64,000 nucleotides of DNA from Pelagomonas calceolata (lineage: Eukaryota). Location: positions 3,472,001 through 3,536,000 of the forward strand of contig CAKKNE010000001.1 in assembly GCA_918797485.1 (NCBI GenBank). Reading direction: 5' to 3'. Each line of letters opens with the position of its first letter. Position 1 is the first letter of the stretch. Below are positions 59,409 to 64,000 of the stretch, piece by piece. The position numbers and the translations under genes were made by a program. The notes beneath the pieces were generated by a model, which searched no databases, was not told the origin of the DNA, and saw only the letters and a list, made by a program, of their open reading frames with translations.

Positions 59409-60971
59409 ATGCGGGCAGCCCTCCTCTGCGCGGCCTGGGCAGCGGTCGACGGACAGACTCCGGGAGAGTATTTCTACAAGCTCCGGGACAAGGACATCGA
59501 GGCCACGCCGCCCGAGGACCCGCGGCTGGGCGGCTTCGGCGCGCCCGGCGACGTGGGCCAGGAGGCCATGAACGCCCTGAACTGGGGCGAGCACGATATT
59601 GAAGCGGTAAGATTAACGTCGCGGCGGCTGGGCCACGGCTTCGACGCCTCTCCCGATAGACCGAGGCCCCGCGCGCGGGCGTTTCACGCTACTGGAATAA
59701 TTGAGGACAAGTTCTTCGTGTTTGGTGGTGTCGGAAAAGATGTGACGGACGGCGGCCCGCTACTTTTAAATGATCTGCACTTTTACGACCAACAAAGGGG
59801 CGGCTGGAGCGGCGAATTGAAGAGGACGAGCTGCTGTCGTGATGGCGCGCCCTTCGACGCCCTTGGTATAAGACCATCACCTAGGGCGCACGTCGGGAGC
59901 GCAGTCGTCGGTACACAACTGTGGATCTACGGTGGTATTGGCGACGCGTCAGGTGTGGAGAACGACGTCCTGGGCACGGCGCGGCACGCTCTCGCCAACA
60001 GCAACAGAACGCTCGGCGACCTCCACTTTTATGACGACGAGAGCGCCACGTGGTCGGGCCACGTCGCGGCCGCGGGCGCGAAGCCGGCGCCGCGCTTCGG
60101 CGCCGCCATGGCCGCGTACGGCGACTTGCTGGTGCTGTTTGGCGGCTTCGACGGCGACGGCGCGGCGCGCAACGACCTCCACCTCTTCAACACGACGTCA
60201 CGCGCGTGGCGCGCCGCGCCTCCTCCATTGTACGGCCGCTTGCCCGCGCCGCGCGGCCACGCGCCCTTCGCGGCGTCCTACGCACAAAGTACGCGCCCGG
60301 CGTACGGCGGTTTTGTGGATGACGTGCTCTACGTCTTCGGCGGATCCTCAAGAGCCGTCGACGCCGGCGTGTCTCATCGACAAGCGGCGATGGCGCTTTC
60401 AGAAGATACCTGGATGGTCAACGTCGCACAATTGGCGTCCACGGTGCCTTCGTTAAACTGGACGCGCCTGGCGGAAAAAGGAGCAAAGCTGGCGATGGGC
60501 GAGGACCGCGAGGGCGCCGCGCGCTGCGCGCACGAGCTGCACTCGCCCCGGGAAGGAGTGGTGTACATAATAGCGGGCCTCGACGCCGACGGAAAAGCTG
60601 TGGACCAGCACGCTGCTTTAAAAGTGGGGGAGGGCATTTGGGAGGACGTCACCTACCAGACGCGGCCGGCGCGGCACGCGCGGTACGGCGCTTCATCATC
60701 AGCGACGGGCAACGACGACCGCTTCGTATCAAACCATGCCGCGCGGTTGGCGGAGACGGGCCGCGACGACCGCCTCTTCCGCTTCGGGGGCTACGACCAG
60801 CGTCACGAGGTGACGGACTACTTCGAGGTCTTCGTGCCCGACATCCACCGCAAAATTCCGGACGTGTACCCGAATTCAGATAGGACCGTCGCCGAGGACC
60901 TCGACACGGGGCTCGCCGCGTACCACGCGCTGACCGTGTCCTACCCGCATTCGCCGTACGGGTTAGGATAA
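59409..60971 (+). CDS. Kelch-repeat protein with signal peptide
   Basis: Repeated PxPRxxH...FVFGG/IYGG/LFGG...NDLHFYD. Confidence 0.8.
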   Translation: MRAALLCAAWAAVDGQTPGEYFYKLRDKDIEATPPEDPRLGGFGAPGDVGQEAMNALNWGEHDIEAVRLTSRRLGHGFDASPDRPRPRARAFHATGIIEDKFFVFGGVGKDVTDGGPLLLNDLHFYDQQRGGWSGELKRTSCCRDGAPFDALGIRPSPRAHVGSAVVGTQLWIYGGIGDASGVENDVLGTARHALANSNRTLGDLHFYDDESATWSGHVAAAGAKPAPRFGAAMAAYGDLLVLFGGFDGDGAARNDLHLFNTTSRAWRAAPPPLYGRLPAPRGHAPFAASYAQSTRPAYGGFVDDVLYVFGGSSRAVDAGVSHRQAAMALSEDTWMVNVAQLASTVPSLNWTRLAEKGAKLAMGEDREGAARCAHELHSPREGVVYIIAGLDADGKAVDQHAALKVGEGIWEDVTYQTRPARHARYGASSSATGNDDRFVSNHAARLAETGRDDRLFRFGGYDQRHEVTDYFEVFVPDIHRKIPDVYPNSDRTVAEDLDTGLAAYHALTVSYPHSPYGLG

Positions 60972-61144
60972 GGAGGAGTGACCCTACTAGTAGCCTGCTC
61001 AAGATTGCTCAAGGCGCTTGCGTAGTGCTTGCGTATCCGCGCCCAAGTCCCGAGAGCGAAGAGCATGCTGGTAGACGTTTGGTGAATTCAGATGAGGTCT
61101 AAGTACGGCTCGTGGCCGATGTTGGCGTCTTGAGATCTGCGAGA

Positions 61145-61170
61145 GCTAGCGGGCCTGTAAAGACACTAGC
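61145..61170 (+). promoter_or_regulatory. Bipartite CTAG upstream motif
   Basis: GCTAGCGGGCCTGTAAAGACACTAGC upstream of the MAPKK gene. Confidence 0.55.
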
Positions 61171-61416
61171 AATCCAAGCCCGAAGCTTTCACGAGAGGAC
61201 ACCGCAGCATGGTGGCGCGGCGGCAGCCCGGCCAACCAAACTAAGCTTAGCCCGGCCAACCAACACAGCAAGCGGCAGCCGGAGGCTTAAGCCACGGAGT
61301 CGTGCACTCCCAAGCTGTAGCAGCCCTGGGAGCATCTCCTGGGATCCCGCGGCGCCCGGCACCGCGAACGAAACGTCTTAGAGCAGAGGGAGCAGCCCTA
61401 GAAGCCAACAGTCAAA

Positions 61417-62559
61417 ATGGTGCTCCCCCGGCCGCGGCGCCTGTCCGGCATCGACATGGCGCCCGCCGAGCCCGAGAACACGCAAGAGCTCGGCGCCACG
61501 ATGGTCTCCGGGGGCGTGCAGATCTCGAAGACGCGCGGTCTAACGGTCGATGGCGAGCAGCACGGCGCCATCAAACGAGACGATCTGAGATTTGAGCCGG
61601 GCGCGCTGGGCGCGGGCGCGTGCTCCGTCGTGCGCCTCGCGCGCCACACGGCTACGAATCAAAGGTACGCCGTGAAGCTCTTTGCTATTTTCGACGACGC
61701 CAAAAGGAGGCAGCTCGTCGAGGAGATCCGTACATTATTTAGTCTGGACTGCGCGGCGCTCGTGCAGTTCCACGGTGCTTATCTGGATGGGGCCACTGGC
61801 AAGGTCGGCGTCGTGCTGGACTACATGGATGCTGGTAGCGTCGAAGGCTTGATCCAACAGCGGCGAGCGCCTCTGCCCGAGAAGGTGGCCGCCTCCATCT
61901 TATACCAGTGCTGCTGGGGCCTCGGCTATTTGCACTTCGAGCGCCGGCTACACCGCGACGTCAAGCCGGGCAACATATTGCTCAGTAGTCGGGGCGAGGC
62001 GCGTCTGTCGGACTTTGGCATCAGCAAGGCTCTCACCGACGAGGAGGAGTCGGCGAAGACCATGGTCGGCACGTTTAGGTATATGGCGCCCGAGCGGTTG
62101 CGAGGAGACGCCTACAGTTTTGAGTCAGACGTCTGGGCAGCCGGCATGGTGCTCTTGGAATTGCTGCGGGGCGACGCCGTCTTCCCGCCGTCCTGCACGC
62201 CGCTCGACTTGAACGGCGCTTGCGAGCGGCTCGCGCGGGATTTTGTGGCGGAGAAGCTCGCGGGCGTCGACGTCTCAACTGATTGTGTCGACTTCGCCGA
62301 GGCTTGTTTGCGGCGGCGCGCCGAGGACCGGGCGCTGCCCGATTTATTATTGGGCGGCCCCTGGCTCGCGGGCCTGGACCTCGAGGGCTGTTGTGTGACC
62401 CTGGCGCCCTTCCTGGCGAACCTGCGATCGGCAGCGGCGGCGCGGCCGCCGCCCGCGCCGCCCGCGCGGCAGTCTTCCACGTTCGCCGCGGACCTGAGCC
62501 TCATCCAGACGCTCGACGCGTCCTCGGACGACGACGACGAGGCGACGGTGGAGGGTTAA
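61417..62559 (+). CDS. MAP kinase kinase (STE7 family)
   Basis: GAGACSVV, AVK, HRDVKPGN, DFGIS, activation loop EESAKTMVGTFRYMAPER. Confidence 0.88.
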   Translation: MVLPRPRRLSGIDMAPAEPENTQELGATMVSGGVQISKTRGLTVDGEQHGAIKRDDLRFEPGALGAGACSVVRLARHTATNQRYAVKLFAIFDDAKRRQLVEEIRTLFSLDCAALVQFHGAYLDGATGKVGVVLDYMDAGSVEGLIQQRRAPLPEKVAASILYQCCWGLGYLHFERRLHRDVKPGNILLSSRGEARLSDFGISKALTDEEESAKTMVGTFRYMAPERLRGDAYSFESDVWAAGMVLLELLRGDAVFPPSCTPLDLNGACERLARDFVAEKLAGVDVSTDCVDFAEACLRRRAEDRALPDLLLGGPWLAGLDLEGCCVTLAPFLANLRSAAAARPPPAPPARQSSTFAADLSLIQTLDASSDDDDEATVEG

Positions 62560-62572
62560 GTTAGTTTAATTT

Positions 62573-62596
62573 GATAGCGTCCTGTAACACACTAGC
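62573..62596 (+). promoter_or_regulatory. Bipartite CTAG upstream motif (variant)
   Basis: GATAGCGTCCTGTAACACACTAGC upstream of the cyclophilin gene. Confidence 0.5.
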
Positions 62597-62686
62597 GAGC
62601 ACGGAGAGCGTCGAGTTTTGCCAGGCATAAAAACTGCGCTGGCGAGCCCATAGATCACTGAGTTCAAAGCAGACACATTACAGACC

Positions 62687-63345
62687 ATGGGCAACACATT
62701 CGCCAGCGCCGAGCTGCCCACGGGACCCGTAGAGTGCAGCTACACGCCGCCACTCAAAGTTAATCCAGCCAACCCCAAGGTCTTTTTCGACATGATGATC
62801 GGTAGTGCTCAGATTGGGCGCATAGTCATGGAATTGAAGGCAGATGTAAGCTCAGTGCACAAATCAATCTCGCCGCGATTCTCGCCCACGGCCTGAATCA
62901 TGCCCACCACGCCATCGACGCGACGCAGGTAGCGCCGAAGACGGCAGAAAACTTCCGGGCGCTGTGCACCGGCGAGAAGGGCTTCGGCTACAAGGGCTCG
63001 TCGTTCCACCGCGTGATTCCGAAGTTCATGTGCCAGGGCGGTGATTTTACGAATCACAACGGCACGGGAGGCAAGTCTATTTATGGAGCAAAATTTGCCG
63101 ACGAGAACTTTAAACTCCGCCACGACGGCCCCGGCATCCTCTCGATGGCCAACGCGGGCCCGGGCACGAACGGCTCGCAGTTCTTCCTGTGCACGGCGCT
63201 GACGTCGTGGCTGGATGGGAAGCATGTGGTGTTTGGCCAGGTCGTCGAGGGCTACGGCGTCGTCAAGGCGATCGAAAGTGTAGGGTCGTCGTCGGGGAAG
63301 ACTGCGGCAAAAGTCGTCATCGCGGACTGCGGCCAGTGCGAGTAA
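62687..63345 (+). CDS. Cyclophilin-type PPIase; two exons (62687-62845, 62929-63345)
   Basis: [55 protein letters not shown]. Confidence 0.95.
62846..62928 (+). mobile_element. GT-AG intron retaining one introner TIR (83 nt)
   Basis: CAGTGCACAAATCAA at 62853-62867; ACGCCATCGACGCGA just before the acceptor. Confidence 0.65.
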
Positions 63346-63347
63346 TA

Positions 63348-64000
63348 CTAGTTAGACTTAGCGACGGCCTCGAGCTCCGCCAGATCGATGTCCTCCTCAA
63401 AAGGCTGGAGGTAGGGCAGCACCGCCGCGCAGATCGCCGCCGTCCCGCCCGCGTCGTCGGCCTCCATCTGCAAGGACACGACGGGCTCGTGGAGCGACGC
63501 GCGCGCGATGAGCCAGTCGCCGTCGCCCACTGAACAGCGGAGGCCGTCGTGGTTGACCGGCTCCATTCGCCAAGACGCAGTCGCGGTCTCACACGCCTTC
63601 AGCGCGTCGCACAGTTTGATTTCAGCCTCGGGCACCTTCTCCAGACTTGAGACGGGCATCTTGACCTTGATCGACTCCGCCGGCTCCTTTAATGAACCAC
63701 CGAGCAAGTCCAACAACCCACAACTAGGATTCGCAACCCTAGCTTTTGCCAACCTCCCAAGCAGCTTCGCCGCCGTGTAGCAGCCGTCGTCCACAAAATT
63801 ATTCGACCGCCACGCGCTATGTCCACTTGTTTCAATAGCCAACAACGCAGGCTCCGGTTTAGTTTCCGCCGCCCGATCAATCACGTTCCGATAGCCCATC
63901 TTGAACCGATCGTGCGTACCGCCCCGCTCCTCAATGAATTGCGTCATGCCCCCGGAGGTCACAGGATCGGTCACGATGACCCCATTACCATCCTCGAGCG
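63348..64000 (-). CDS. Phosphoglucomutase/phosphomannomutase family, C-terminal part (5' end outside window)
   Basis: VTDPVTS, RFKMGYRNVI, AIETSGH, DDGCY, RASLHEPV. Confidence 0.85.
   Translation of the reverse strand, partial: LEDGNGVIVTDPVTSGGMTQFIEERGGTHDRFKMGYRNVIDRAAETKPEPALLAIETSGHSAWRSNNFVDDGCYTAAKLLGRLAKARVANPSCGLLDLLGGSLKEPAESIKVKMPVSSLEKVPEAEIKLCDALKACETATASWRMEPVNHDGLRCSVGDGDWLIARASLHEPVVSLQMEADDAGGTAAICAAVLPYLQPFEEDIDLAELEAVAKSN

Overview
This is a GC-rich, very gene-dense eukaryotic window with about 42 protein-coding genes, one tRNA and short spliceosomal introns. Stramenopile-type plastid leaders (signal peptide + FAP), GC-AG introns and introner-like elements point to a pelagophyte alga (Pelagomonas/Aureococcus-like); that assignment is an inference. 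Most genes are housekeeping or plastid functions. Main findings: (1) a 1954-aa NLR-like protein with an N-myristoylation motif, a NACHT NTPase, a RelA/SpoT-like (alarmone synthetase-type) nucleotidyltransferase inserted inside the NACHT module, 14 highly similar WD40-like repeats with a hypervariable loop and about 10 ankyrin repeats; (2) transposon-derived introns with terminal inverted repeats and 8-bp target-site duplications that supply the splice sites; (3) a tRNA-Trp inside an intron with no nearby Pol III terminator; (4) a bipartite CTAG motif in most gene 5' regions; (5) two dispersed non-coding repeat families at gene 3' ends. All domain calls come from motif recognition by eye, not database searches.
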